Shown one piece after another: positions 9,003 to 19,600 of a stretch of DNA of 64,000 nt. This DNA comes from Chloroflexota bacterium. GTDB taxonomy: Bacteria; Chloroflexota; Anaerolineae; Aggregatilineales; J027. Below the pieces are notes generated by a model. It did no database searches, was not told the DNA's origin, and saw nothing but the letters and a program-made list of their open reading frames with translations. Made by a program: the position numbers and the translations under genes. How positions within the stretch are numbered: position 1 is the stretch's first letter; every line of letters starts with the position of its first letter. The stretch is from the NCBI GenBank assembly GCA_003697365.1, contig RFGP01000037.1, forward strand, positions 39,107 to 103,106. The letters are read 5' to 3'.

Positions 9003-11696
9003 ATGTTACATACGCTACTTGATAACATTCGTGCTGTAACCGACAGTCATTTAATTTGGCTTCTCACTGTGCAGGATGAAGTACTTGTTGATACTGTCAT
9101 AAGCGCGCCAAGTCCAAAGCTCATTAAGTCATTTGCTGCACAAATTGAGCGCGTGTTTTCTCAGCGCATCGTACCACTCCAACATGCGCATAACCCTATT
9201 GCTGAAGTCTTGCTGCGGAATATTCCATTAGTAGGGTTAGAAGCTGAGAAACTACGCAATACTGAAGGCGGAGCATCGCTGGCTCAAGTATTAGAAGCTA
9301 TAGATGCTCGCTATATTTCTTTGCTGCCGTTGCGAAATGATAAAAATCTGCTAGGCGTTTTGCTGCTGGCGAATAAAGATGTTGATTTTATTTCCTCAGA
9401 GCGTGGGCAACAATTGATGAAACTTATTCGTCGGCAAATAACCGTAGAATTAGACTATCTACAGCATTTTAAGACAGCCTTTGAGGCCCATCAGCGCGCT
9501 CTTGAAACGCAAACAAAACGCTTAAAAACGCTTAATCAAGCCTCTAGAGCGATTAACTCACCTATAGGACTACAAGATGTTATTCAAGTAGTATTATCAC
9601 TGGCCTATGAAGTGGTGCAGGCAGAAGCAGCAGTGCTTCTTTTGCGTGATGATGACGATGATCTTATTGTTGTAGCCACGCATAAAGTATCTGATATGCA
9701 TGGACGCGCAATTACAATGGGCATGGGATTACTAGGATGGGTCGCTGAACATCGTGAACCTATACTTGTTCAGAATGTTGAGCAAGATACTCGTTATCGC
9801 TCATACGTAGACGGCTCTTCTGAAATTCAAACACAAGCAATGATCATAGTGCCATTGGCAACAATGACAGATGTTATTGGGGTGTTGGCAGTCATGAATC
9901 GCCTTGAGGGTGAATTTACACAAGATGATTTAGAAACTTTAGAGAATCTTGGCGCAACAGCCGCTATTGCTATTGAAAATGCTACACTTTTTGAGCAAAC
10001 ACAACGCCGACTCACCGAATTAAGCACTATGCTAGATGCCAGCGCAATTGCCACTTCCACCGTCGAATTACAATCCATAGTAGAGCCCATTGCGCGCCGT
10101 TTGACACATGCACTCGATTTGCAACGTATGAGCATAATCTTGCTAGATGGCGACGTAATGCGGCGTTTGGTTTCGGTTGTAAGTGCAAGTTGGACAATTG
10201 AAAAAGCGCTTTCTATCCCACTAGCACGACTACCTTCCAAAGCTCAAGCCCTCGAAATTCCAAATACTGTGAGCTTGGAAACTAGTCAATTATCTTTGGA
10301 AGAACAAACTGAGCTCTGTTTGCGCGGAATGCGTCATGCGGTCAATGTGCCTTTGGTATTGCATGGAAGCACAAAGGGCATCATTACAGTATATAGTAAT
10401 CAAGAATTTGAGCATTCCACACCAACAGTTATTCTTGAGGCTGTTGCTGATTGGGAAAAAACAACAAGCGTCCCTGAAGAAGAATTTATGCAACTATGCC
10501 AAAAAATTCTTGATGCAAGCCGTAGCTTATGGTGTGTGATTTATTTGCTGAATGATGAACAAGATGAACTACTATTGTATCGAGAAATGGGCTCTGTATA
10601 CCATAAACCCAATAGTGGTATCGCTATTGATTTGAAGTGGTTTCCGACTGCGCAAAAAGTAATGCAAAGTGGCGAAATTTTGCCAACCACTGTAGAAGTG
10701 CCCGCCAATAAGCATGAACGAAATTATCTACGGTTTCTAGGATTAACTGATGTTTTGTTTGCTCCTATCCTACGTCAGGGCGTGGGCGTGGGTGTTGTAG
10801 AACTAGGTATTATTGATGAACGGCCTTTTGATGCAAGCGCGGTGTCTTTATCACGCGGCATTGCTAACATCATAGGAAATGCCATCGAAAGCTATCGCCT
10901 TTATTCTTCACTGGAACAACGTGCTAGCGCGCTTGAGGCTGCCTATCGAGAATTAGAGGATGCAGATCGCTTAAAGGAAGAGCTACTTCAAAACATGGCT
11001 CATGAATTGGGAACCCCCCTCACACATATTTTAGGGTATCTCAGTTTGTTAGCAGATGGCGCTTTTGGAGATTTGACCCCTGAACAACGTGAGACAGTTG
11101 ATCTCGCTGTTCGTAAAACACAGCATGTTGCTAACATGATTAAGCAGATGGTAGTGGGACATGCAAGCGATAGCACAATACTAAACTTGCGTGATGTTCA
11201 TCTCGATCAATTGGCAGCATTAGTTGTGCGTGACCTTGAACTACAAGCAAGGAATATGGGAATTGCCATTAAACCTCGTATTTCTCGTAATTTACCCAAA
11301 GTACGAGTTGATCCAGCAGCAATCAAGCAAGTATTTCAAGCCTTATTAGATAATGCCATAAAATTTAGCGGTGATGGCAAGCTCATTGAGGTTGAAATTC
11401 GTGACTTGGGTGGCCCGACCTTGCAAGTTGCTATTCATGATAAAGGGATCGGCATCTCACCAGAAGAACAAGAGCGCGTTTTTCGGCAGTTTTATCAAGT
11501 AGATGGAAGTATGACGCGACGCTTCGGTGGTTTAGGTTTGGGCTTATCAGTAGCAAAGAAAATCGTTGAAGCACATGGCGGCAAGATTTGGTTAGAGAGT
11601 GAGCTCGGAAAAGGCACAACTGTTTATTTCACCGTGCTCAAAGCTATTCCCGGCACAGCCTTAGATGCTACGGCTCCATTGTTGGCTATTAACTAG
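9003..11696 (+). CDS. Cytoplasmic sensor histidine kinase with about four GAF-like domains
   Basis: 897 aa with no obvious TM segment. It has repeated GAF-like blocks, a HisKA H-box (MAHELGTPLTHILGY) and an HATPase_c domain (GGLGLGLSVAKKIVEAHGG). Confidence 0.85.
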   Translation: MLHTLLDNIRAVTDSHLIWLLTVQDEVLVDTVISAPSPKLIKSFAAQIERVFSQRIVPLQHAHNPIAEVLLRNIPLVGLEAEKLRNTEGGASLAQVLEAIDARYISLLPLRNDKNLLGVLLLANKDVDFISSERGQQLMKLIRRQITVELDYLQHFKTAFEAHQRALETQTKRLKTLNQASRAINSPIGLQDVIQVVLSLAYEVVQAEAAVLLLRDDDDDLIVVATHKVSDMHGRAITMGMGLLGWVAEHREPILVQNVEQDTRYRSYVDGSSEIQTQAMIIVPLATMTDVIGVLAVMNRLEGEFTQDDLETLENLGATAAIAIENATLFEQTQRRLTELSTMLDASAIATSTVELQSIVEPIARRLTHALDLQRMSIILLDGDVMRRLVSVVSASWTIEKALSIPLARLPSKAQALEIPNTVSLETSQLSLEEQTELCLRGMRHAVNVPLVLHGSTKGIITVYSNQEFEHSTPTVILEAVADWEKTTSVPEEEFMQLCQKILDASRSLWCVIYLLNDEQDELLLYREMGSVYHKPNSGIAIDLKWFPTAQKVMQSGEILPTTVEVPANKHERNYLRFLGLTDVLFAPILRQGVGVGVVELGIIDERPFDASAVSLSRGIANIIGNAIESYRLYSSLEQRASALEAAYRELEDADRLKEELLQNMAHELGTPLTHILGYLSLLADGAFGDLTPEQRETVDLAVRKTQHVANMIKQMVVGHASDSTILNLRDVHLDQLAALVVRDLELQARNMGIAIKPRISRNLPKVRVDPAAIKQVFQALLDNAIKFSGDGKLIEVEIRDLGGPTLQVAIHDKGIGISPEEQERVFRQFYQVDGSMTRRFGGLGLGLSVAKKIVEAHGGKIWLESELGKGTTVYFTVLKAIPGTALDATAPLLAIN

Positions 11697-12390
11697 ATTC
11701 TTGAATACCTAACTCAGTTAAAATAGCATCGAGAAGCGTTCGATCTATTGGCCCAACATAGGCGTTGTAAACAGTTCCATCGGGTCGAATAATATAAGTA
11801 GTAGGCACTACTGCTCCGCCAAAGTAGCGAATAAAAATTGCGCCTTCAGGATCAACAAACATTGGATCGCTAACGCCTAAATTAGTTGCCAATGTGCGTG
11901 TCTCTTCTGCTAAATCGCTTACATTCACCGCTAAGATTAGAATATCATCGCCAAATTTTTCGTATACAGCTTGCAAAAGTGGAAACTCAAAAAAGCATGA
12001 ACCACACCCTACTGTCCAAAAATTAATGATCACAACTTTACCTTGTAACTGATCTAGCTGGTAGCGATTACCATCTATATCAGTCAATACAATGGGCGGA
12101 ACAGGTTCACCTTCTTTAAGTAGTAAGTTTTGAGTTGGGTCAACCGTATCATTTATGCGAGAAACACTCACAGCCCGCTGTGTGGCTTCAGGAATTGCAG
12201 TTGGCCACCATGACACAGTAGTCGGAAGCGGGCTTGCTGTGGCGGGTATTTGTGTAGGGCGCGGCGTAGAAGTGGCAATAGGTGGAAGTGTTAGTTGAAC
12301 ACGTGGAGATGATTTAGGCGTATTTTCGTTACAGGCTACGATGAGCACACTTAGTAGAGTGCTGATAACCAAAATCATTCCACGCATCAA
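11689..12390 (-). CDS. TlpA/ResA-like thiol-disulfide oxidoreductase lipoprotein
   Basis: Signal peptide with a lipobox-like VLIVAC, a Pro/Thr-rich linker, and a thioredoxin fold with WTVGCGSC (CxxC). Confidence 0.7.
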   Translation of the reverse strand: MMRGMILVISTLLSVLIVACNENTPKSSPRVQLTLPPIATSTPRPTQIPATASPLPTTVSWWPTAIPEATQRAVSVSRINDTVDPTQNLLLKEGEPVPPIVLTDIDGNRYQLDQLQGKVVIINFWTVGCGSCFFEFPLLQAVYEKFGDDILILAVNVSDLAEETRTLATNLGVSDPMFVDPEGAIFIRYFGGAVVPTTYIIRPDGTVYNAYVGPIDRTLLDAILTELGIQESS

Positions 12391-12399
12391 TTAATTTTC

Positions 12400-13017
12400 C
12401 TATGTTTGTACTTGATAAGTATTTTTTAGTAAATAGTGCCGTCCATTGCGGCGTGGCACCTCATGGCAATTACGACAACGCGCTTCATAAACTTCTGAAG
12501 CCCCCACCATAATGACAGGATCGTCATAATCAGCGGGTTTGCCATCAATTAGACGCTGGGTGTGGCTAGCTTCATTACCACAAATCATGCAAATGGCATG
12601 TAATTTAATAATTTCTTCGGCAATAGTCATTAAGTGTGGCATTGGGCCAAATGGTTCGCCACGAAAATCCATATCTAAACCGCTTAGAATAACACGCACA
12701 TGGTGTTGAGTAAGTTCAACAACTAAATCAACAATACGATTATCAAAAAACTGAGCCTCATCAATACCAATAACTGTTGCGCTTGGATCAAGGTGAGCAA
12801 TAATATCATCTACATCCTCAACAGGAATTGCTTCAAAACCTTGACCATTATGCGATTTAATTTGGGTAACATGATACCGATTATCAATTTTATGCTTAAA
12901 CACTTGAACACGCTGACGTGCAATCTCTGCTCGTCGTAACCGTCGAATAAGTTCTTCGGTTTTGCCGCTAAACATGCTGCCACAAATAACTTCTATACGT
13001 CCGCTATCATGTTTCAA
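12400..13017 (-). CDS. tdk: Thymidine kinase
   Basis: P-loop [11 protein letters not shown] and a C-terminal Cys cluster (CMICG...CRNCH). TTG start at 13017 lies 8 nt after AGGAGG (complement of 13026-13031). Confidence 0.9.
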   Translation of the reverse strand: MKHDSGRIEVICGSMFSGKTEELIRRLRRAEIARQRVQVFKHKIDNRYHVTQIKSHNGQGFEAIPVEDVDDIIAHLDPSATVIGIDEAQFFDNRIVDLVVELTQHHVRVILSGLDMDFRGEPFGPMPHLMTIAEEIIKLHAICMICGNEASHTQRLIDGKPADYDDPVIMVGASEVYEARCRNCHEVPRRNGRHYLLKNTYQVQT

Positions 13018-13040
13018 TGCTTATACCTCCTTTAAACACG

Positions 13041-13076
13041 ACAGGCAGAGTATGTTTAGATTTTAACTCTGCCTGT
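13041..13076 (-). terminator. 11-bp hairpin between rpmE and tdk (possible partial terminator/attenuator)
   Basis: ACAGGCAGAGT (13041-13051) pairs with ACTCTGCCTGT (13066-13076). On the minus strand it is followed by CGTGTTTAAAGGAGG, which is only a weak U-tract. Confidence 0.4.
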
Positions 13077-13101
13077 ACTTAGATATTGTCGCAGTTAGTA
13101 A

Positions 13102-13587
13102 TTATTCCTCTTCAGTAGCGGCTTTCTCTTCAAGAACATAACCGGCTGCTCTCAGGCTACGTTTTAAGTCTGCTACTACTTTGCGACCAATGCCGGAAAT
13201 ACTTAAGAAGCCATCATCACCTTTTTCACGGAAGGTATCAAGTACATCTTGCACGGTAAAGATGCCGGCTTCGTTCAAGATTACGATGTAACGTGTATTA
13301 ATGCTTGTTGCAACTTCCTCAATGTCGATGTCAGTTGAAAGGCTTCCTTCATCGCCTTTGTTTAAGGTTGCAAGCATTTCTTCACGTTGCTTCAAACGCT
13401 TATAGAAGCGTTCAACTTGCCCTTCTGTGTCCACAATGCGTTGCTCGCCAGTGTAGAAAGGATGGCAGTTAGAGCAAACATCAAGACGCAAAGAGGGAAC
13501 AGTTGAGCCGACAATCCACACTGTACCACAGGAGACACAGGTCATTTCGGCTTCTGGATACCATTGGGGGTGAATTCCTTCACGCAT
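13102..13587 (-). CDS. rpmE: 50S ribosomal protein L31 (Zn-binding type) with a roughly 90-aa C-terminal helix-hairpin-helix-like extension
   Basis: The N-terminal ~70 aa are L31 ([13 protein letters not shown] ... [17 protein letters not shown]). The C-terminus, [15 protein letters not shown]...[16 protein letters not shown], looks HhH/RpoA-CTD-like. Confidence 0.85.
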   Translation of the reverse strand: MREGIHPQWYPEAEMTCVSCGTVWIVGSTVPSLRLDVCSNCHPFYTGEQRIVDTEGQVERFYKRLKQREEMLATLNKGDEGSLSTDIDIEEVATSINTRYIVILNEAGIFTVQDVLDTFREKGDDGFLSISGIGRKVVADLKRSLRAAGYVLEEKAATEEE

Positions 13588-13624
13588 GGTTATACACTCG
13601 TCTTTGGCTATTTATAAACAAACT

Positions 13625-13897
13625 TTACGATTGCTGAGTCGAACGCTCTGGCAAAACATGAATGTAACGACGACCTGTACGATTCCGTACAAAGTGAACA
13701 TAGCCACTTGCGGTTGCAAAGATGGTGTGATCTTTGCCAATGCCTGTGTTTTCGCCCGGATGGAAGCGAGTACCACGTTGACGCACGATAATATTACCGG
13801 AAATAACGTACTCGCCGCCATAGCGCTTCACACCAAGACGCTTACTATTACTATCACGACCATTGCGGCTAGAACCGCCACCTTTTTTATGGGCCAT
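13625..13897 (-). CDS. rpmA: 50S ribosomal protein L27
   Basis: Starts [16 protein letters not shown] with no N-terminal propeptide. Lies immediately downstream of rplU. Confidence 0.95.
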   Translation of the reverse strand: MAHKKGGGSSRNGRDSNSKRLGVKRYGGEYVISGNIIVRQRGTRFHPGENTGIGKDHTIFATASGYVHFVRNRTGRRYIHVLPERSTQQS

Positions 13898-13911
13898 CTT
13901 GCTTTCTTCCT

Positions 13912-14223
13912 TTAACCATCAATACTTTCGATCTTGAGACGGGTATAGTGCTGACGATGCCCTTGACGTTTGCGATAGCGCTTTTTGGGCTTATACTTGA
14001 AGATAATGATCTTGGGACCTTTGAATTGGCTAACGACTGTCGCTTTTACCTTTGCCCCTTCAACCAATGGTTGCCCAATTTTCACGTCACCATTATTGGC
14101 TACGAGCAACACTTCATCTAATTCTATCGTATCACCTTCATTATAGGGAAGTTTTTCAACGTCGATGGTTTGGCCGACTTCGGCACGGTATTGTCGTCCG
14201 CCTGTGCGAACAATTGCATACAT
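13912..14223 (-). CDS. rplU: 50S ribosomal protein L21
   Basis: Starts [12 protein letters not shown]; 103 aa with an L21-like sequence throughout. Confidence 0.95.
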   Translation of the reverse strand: MYAIVRTGGRQYRAEVGQTIDVEKLPYNEGDTIELDEVLLVANNGDVKIGQPLVEGAKVKATVVSQFKGPKIIIFKYKPKKRYRKRQGHRQHYTRLKIESIDG

Positions 14224-14329
14224 GATTTTTATTCTCCAATTCTCGCTTTACCGCCGTGAACGATGGTTGATTTATAAATGACCAACATCGGCACGGGGAA
14301 AATTGGTCTACGATGAATAACGGCTAAGG

Positions 14330-14358
14330 ATTATAAGGCGTGTTGCCATCAGCGTCAA
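14330..14358 (-). promoter_or_regulatory. Consensus sigma-70 promoter for rplU-rpmA
   Basis: On the minus strand: TTGACG (14358-14353), 17-nt spacer, TATAAT (14335-14330). This leaves a leader of about 100 nt before the rplU ATG. Confidence 0.55.
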
Positions 14359-14448
14359 TAGCCGCATTGAGAATGCAGTGTCTAAATGTGGGCATATCAT
14401 ATGATATAAGCTACTATACAGATTACTGTTTGAGATGCTCCCTATATA

Positions 14449-14478
14449 TTGTCGATCATAAACAGTTGCTACTATAAT
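14449..14478 (+). promoter_or_regulatory. Candidate promoter for the YceI-like/PP2C/PBP operon
   Basis: TTGTCG (14449-14454), 18-nt spacer, TATAAT (14473-14478), about 58 nt upstream of the ATG at 14537. Confidence 0.4.
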
Positions 14479-14536
14479 TACTGAGAAGCAAAGTACATCG
14501 AGATTCATTCATTAAAAAATAGAAGTTACTGTTATC

Positions 14537-15334
14537 ATGACTAAAAAACGCTTTTTGCTTATCACATTAGGACTACTCATTATCGGAATGGGCTTCATTA
14601 TTTGGTATTTGTTCATCAGAGATATTGAAGCCGAAGAAAATAAGATCGCAGCCCCCGCACTTTCGCAAAATGTAGAAAACCCGTGTGCTGCTCCAACTGA
14701 ACAGCCCGAAAGCACCTTGCCAGCGGACGAGTCCCTCATTGTGGCTACTCCAGAAATTTTGCTAGAGGAGAATTCAGAAAATTATTTACTTTATGTCTTC
14801 GATACGGATGAATCAGTAATTAACTTCACAATAGCCGAGGTGCCCAGCATCAACGGTACATTTGATATGTTTGGGCATTGGTTTGAGTTCATTAAAATTT
14901 CAGATGAAGAAGGTTGGTGTGCTACACTATGGCTAGACATTGATGGTCAATCAGTAGATACTGGCAATGAAGTTACGGATAACCTCATTCGTCTAGGTTT
15001 TCAAGCAGAAAAATATCCAGTTGGACGTTTTGTTGGCGCAGCAACTGAGTTGATTCAAGACCTTTCAGCTCCAAACACTATTAATATCGCTGGCCAAATT
15101 GAACTTTCTGGTGTTGTACGGTCATTTACTGTTCCTGTAGAAGTTACTATAAATGGAGAACAGCTTATTGCCAGCTCCAACATTGACATTAACGCCAACG
15201 ACTTTGGCGCAAATTTGCCCGGTGGCGCAACATTGGATTCTAAAATTCGTGTTGTTGCCAATCGCACGGATCCAAGTACGATAGATTTACCCGTATTACC
15301 TACTGCCATCCCTAGCGAAATTCCTAGTGAATAG
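14537..15334 (+). CDS. Membrane-anchored YceI-like domain protein
   Basis: N-terminal TM helix. The sequence follows the YceI-like pattern (SVINFTI.., NGTFDMFGHWFEF, SVDTGNEVTDNLIR, KYPVGRF, IAGQIELSGV, INANDFG). Confidence 0.6.
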   Translation: MTKKRFLLITLGLLIIGMGFIIWYLFIRDIEAEENKIAAPALSQNVENPCAAPTEQPESTLPADESLIVATPEILLEENSENYLLYVFDTDESVINFTIAEVPSINGTFDMFGHWFEFIKISDEEGWCATLWLDIDGQSVDTGNEVTDNLIRLGFQAEKYPVGRFVGAATELIQDLSAPNTINIAGQIELSGVVRSFTVPVEVTINGEQLIASSNIDINANDFGANLPGGATLDSKIRVVANRTDPSTIDLPVLPTAIPSEIPSE

Positions 15335-15343
15335 GTCATTGTT

Positions 15344-16597
15344 ATGCAATATCGAACCTGTCCGAACTGTGAACATCGTAACTTGCCCGAAGCAGTCTAT
15401 TGTTTTGAATGTGGCGCAAATTTAACAGACTCTCACCTCATCCCCGGCCTAATGCCACTACATCATTACCTTTTAAGTGGTCACAACCAAGACACACTCA
15501 AACCACTTAGTCGCAGCGAAGTCGATAATACACGTAATGAACGTGAATCATCCACACTGTATAATGCGGGGTTACATTGCTTAAGGTGTAGCGCGCTAAA
15601 TTCACCCAACGCCGAACTATGCGTTGTTTGTCAAGCTAGTCTTATTACGCCTGATGAAATACGTCAACAGATTGTATTGGGCAGCGCGCGAACTTCCGTT
15701 GGTCAGGTGCGCAGCAACAATGAGGATAACGTGGGGCTGTGGGCACGACGTGGTCTTGTGTTAGGACTTGTGGCAGATGGCATGGGTGGGGCAGCAGCAG
15801 GCGAAGAAGCAAGTCGCCTCGTTAAGGAGTCCATTCAAGCAAATTTTACAGGTGCACTGCGGGGGAGCGAAAATCTTAGCGAATTAACCGACGAAGAAAT
15901 TGCTGACAAAATGCGACGTGCTATCCTGACAGCAAATCGAGCGCTCTTAACGCGCATCAAAGAAGACAATACACTGCGAGGTATGGGTACGACGGCGACA
16001 TTGGCGCTTTTACGTGGTAACCGTCTGATTATTGCACATGTTGGTGATAGCCGTGCTTATCTCATCAATGGCACCTATGGTTGGATACAACAAGTCACTG
16101 ATGATCATAGCTTTGTTGAAGCGTTGCTTGCCTCCGGACATATCACTCGTGCACAGGCAGAACGCCATCCTATGAAAAGCGTATTATATCGGGCGCTGGG
16201 GCAAAACGAAGAACTAGGTCGAGCAGATATATACATGCGACAAGTTAATATAGGTGATCGGATCGTTATTTGTTCAGATGGCTTACCACGTCATGTATCA
16301 GATAACGAAATTGCCCAAATTGCCCTCTCATTTGATGATCCTGAAAAAATCTCTCAAGAACTCCTTGATCTAACCAATCGTCGTGGTGCAGAAGATAATG
16401 TCAGCGTAGTGACTTTCATTGTAAAAGGTACTGATGCACCATCAGCCATTGAGAATTTGCTCCCTATTCCCGGTGAGCTTGAAGAAATCCAACCCTCAGC
16501 CGAAGACCCCTTCAGCACGGGCCGCATTCCATCAGAAGAACTAGAACGCATTCGCCGCCAAATTAACGAATCGCGTCGTCAGCCACCACTTTCATAG
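15344..16597 (+). CDS. PP2C-family Ser/Thr phosphatase with N-terminal double zinc ribbon
   Basis: Zinc ribbons CPNCEH..CFECG and CLRCSA..CVVCQ, then PP2C motifs ADGMGG, GTTATLA, HVGDSRAY, CSDGL and EDNVSVV. Confidence 0.85.
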   Translation: MQYRTCPNCEHRNLPEAVYCFECGANLTDSHLIPGLMPLHHYLLSGHNQDTLKPLSRSEVDNTRNERESSTLYNAGLHCLRCSALNSPNAELCVVCQASLITPDEIRQQIVLGSARTSVGQVRSNNEDNVGLWARRGLVLGLVADGMGGAAAGEEASRLVKESIQANFTGALRGSENLSELTDEEIADKMRRAILTANRALLTRIKEDNTLRGMGTTATLALLRGNRLIIAHVGDSRAYLINGTYGWIQQVTDDHSFVEALLASGHITRAQAERHPMKSVLYRALGQNEELGRADIYMRQVNIGDRIVICSDGLPRHVSDNEIAQIALSFDDPEKISQELLDLTNRRGAEDNVSVVTFIVKGTDAPSAIENLLPIPGELEEIQPSAEDPFSTGRIPSEELERIRRQINESRRQPPLS

Positions 16598-16607
16598 GAA
16601 AGCGCCC

Positions 16608-19600
16608 ATGCCAAAGCATACATCAAGTCGCACAGCACGTATAATTCGCCAACGTCGCAAACATCGCAGCCAACGCTATGGAACGGCAGCTAAAGTGGGA
16701 ACATGGCTAGGATGTGGGTTTGGAAGTATTTTTGCTTTGTTCATAGGTGGATTATTGACTAGTGTTATCACAGTTTTGGGTATATATGCCATTTATGCAC
16801 GTCAGTTACCCCCTCCTGAAGCGATTGTGAGTGCACAAGCCCAAAACTTTCAAACTACTATTTTTTATGATCGGACAGGTAAATTTAAAATCTATGAGGT
16901 CATTGATCCCAATGGTGGAGATCGTGAATACATCACCTTAGATGAAATGCCCGAATATTTACTATGGGCAACTATTGCTATTGAAGATGCGCGTTTCTAT
17001 AGCAATCCCGGCTTTGATCCAGAAGGTATTTTCCGTGCAGCTTTTGTAAACCTTACGAGCCAACAAATTCAAGGTGCTAGTACCATCACTCAGCAACTAG
17101 TACGCAACCAACTTTTATCTTCAGAAGAGCGTACTGCCCAAACAGTAGATCGCAAACTTAAAGAAATTATCCTAGCTGCTGAACTTTCACGTTTATATAG
17201 CAAAGATCAAATTTTAGAATGGTACCTTAACACAAACTTCTACGGTAATCTCGCTTATGGTGTTGAAGCTGCCGCTCAAGTTTATTTTGACAAATCAGCA
17301 CGCGAACTTACATTGGCAGAATCCGCCATACTAGCAGCGATACCTCAATCGCCGGGCATTAACCCGCTAGATAATCCTGAGCTATCAGTACAACGCCAAC
17401 GTGTGGTGCTCAATGAGATGTTGAAACAGGGCTTTATCACTCGCGCACAATATGATGCTGCCTTAAACGAAACATTGGTATTACGGCCTTTCGCAACACG
17501 CTTCGACATTACAGCGCCACATTTTGCGCTTTATGCACGTAACGAAGCAGAGCGCATCTTAGACAATATGGGGCTTGATGGCACAGACCTTATTTTAGGT
17601 GGTGGGCTACGTATCTACACAACACTTGATCTCGATCTACAACGCCAACTAGAGTGTGTAGCACGTAGCCATGTTGGACGACTAAATCGCAATGATCCAA
17701 GCTATAGCCATAATACAAATAATGCTCAGCCATGTGCAGCGGTAGAGTTTTTACCACCACCTGATCCTGAACTACTTTCGACACAGCGTCGTGTTGATAA
17801 TGCTTCTGGTATCATTTTGCGTGCCAATACGGGCGAAATTGTCGCCATGTTGGGCAGCCTCGACTTTTGGAATACAAGTATTGGCGGAGAATACAATGCT
17901 AGCCTTGCCCAACGTCAGCCGGCATCCACCTTTAAACCTTTTGTCTATGTAACAGCATTCATCAATCCAATTGGCTCTACCCGCGTGATTACACCTGCTA
18001 CGATGACATATGATGTACTGACAGAATTTGATAATGGCGGCCCAGAGCCATATATTCCCTACAACATCGATCGTCGTTTCAATGGCCCAGTAAGTATTCG
18101 GAATGCCCTTGCTCGTTCATATAACGTACCGGCTGTTCAAGTCCTGAGTTGGGTAGGTTTGCGCCCTGTTCTTGTGACTGCACACAGCATGGGCATTAAC
18201 TCAATGAACGAAAACATCAGCAACTATGGTCTGGCCCTAGCTTTAGGTACAGCAGAAGCTAGCTTACTAGATATGACCTATGCTTATAATGTTTTCAACA
18301 ACAACGGCTATATGGTGGGCACACCAGTTCCATCTCTAGAGGCACGAGTAGGGTATCGACAACTGAACCCTGTATCCATCTTGCGCATTGAGGACGCAAA
18401 TGGAAAAATTTTATGGGAATATAGCACTGACTTCGGCACATTTGATCGTCGTGCTGTTCTAGAGCCCGGTATGGCATATATGATCACAGATATTTTATCT
18501 GACAATAACGCACGTTTATCAAATAGTTTTCCGCCGGGTAATCCACTAGAGCTTAGTCGACCTGCTGCCGTAAAAACAGGGACAACTGATGACTTCCGCG
18601 ATAGTTGGGCAATAGGCTATACACCGCAATATACCGTTGGTATATGGGTGGGCAATACGGATAATACAACCATGACTGATATTACTGGTTTAACAGGGGC
18701 GGCCCCTATTTGGCACGCCATAATGGAGTATATCCACACCAGTAAAGGGCTTCCTGTTGAAGTGTGGGAACGTCCTTCAACAATTGTTGAGCAAGATGTT
18801 TGTATGTTGTCTGGTTTGTTGCCCAATGGCAATTGCCCTACTGTACGCGAAATATTCTATTATGATGCCACTCGTGGTATTGACTATCGCCCCAATCAAG
18901 TTGATCCCTATTGGGTTACATTACGAGTAAATGCATGTAACAACACGCTAGCGGTTGCGTCTTCGCCTCAAGAATGCGTCACAGAACGTCAATATTTTCA
19001 ATATCCTGATGAATTACTAGAATGGGCTAGAGTAGCGGGGGTAGAGCTTGCTCCCACCGTATACGATACAACGAATGACACACCACTTTTCAGTGAAGCG
19101 GCAATATTTGAACCAACTTTATTACAACATCTGCGTGGAACAATAGAAATTCGTGGAAATGCACTAAATGAAAACCTGAGTTTCTATCGATTAGAGTTAG
19201 GCGTAGGGAATACGCCCTCAACATGGCAACAGATTAGCCCAGACAACACTATTGGCGGTGCCAATATTACGCTTGGAACTTGGGACACAACACAAGTAAC
19301 AGACGGATTATACACTTTACGCCTCACCGTAATTCGCACAGATGGCACGAGTGAATTCGCAACTCGTGAGGTGATTGTCGATAACACACCGCCAACTGTT
19401 TCGCTTATTTCACCTGTTGCAGGTCAAACTTATAGCGCAACAAAAGATGTTTACATTGAGCTGAGCGCTGAACCATTTGATAATCGACAAACAGCACTGG
19501 TTGAATTTTATGTAGATGGTGAGCTGGTTGTTAGTAGGACAGAGAGCCCTTATGTATATCGCTGGGAAATTCCTACCGATCAACAGGGTACGGTTTCATT

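Noticed and set aside
11689-12390. Possible selenoprotein (a thioredoxin-fold redox protein near a genome encoding tRNA-Sec).
   Set aside because: The redox motif is an ordinary CGSC encoded by Cys codons, and the ORF is uninterrupted by UGA.
14308-14508. 66-aa ORF in the rplU / YceI-like intergenic region.
   Set aside because: It spans the two divergent promoters, has no SD and has hydrophobic low-complexity composition, so it is probably non-coding.
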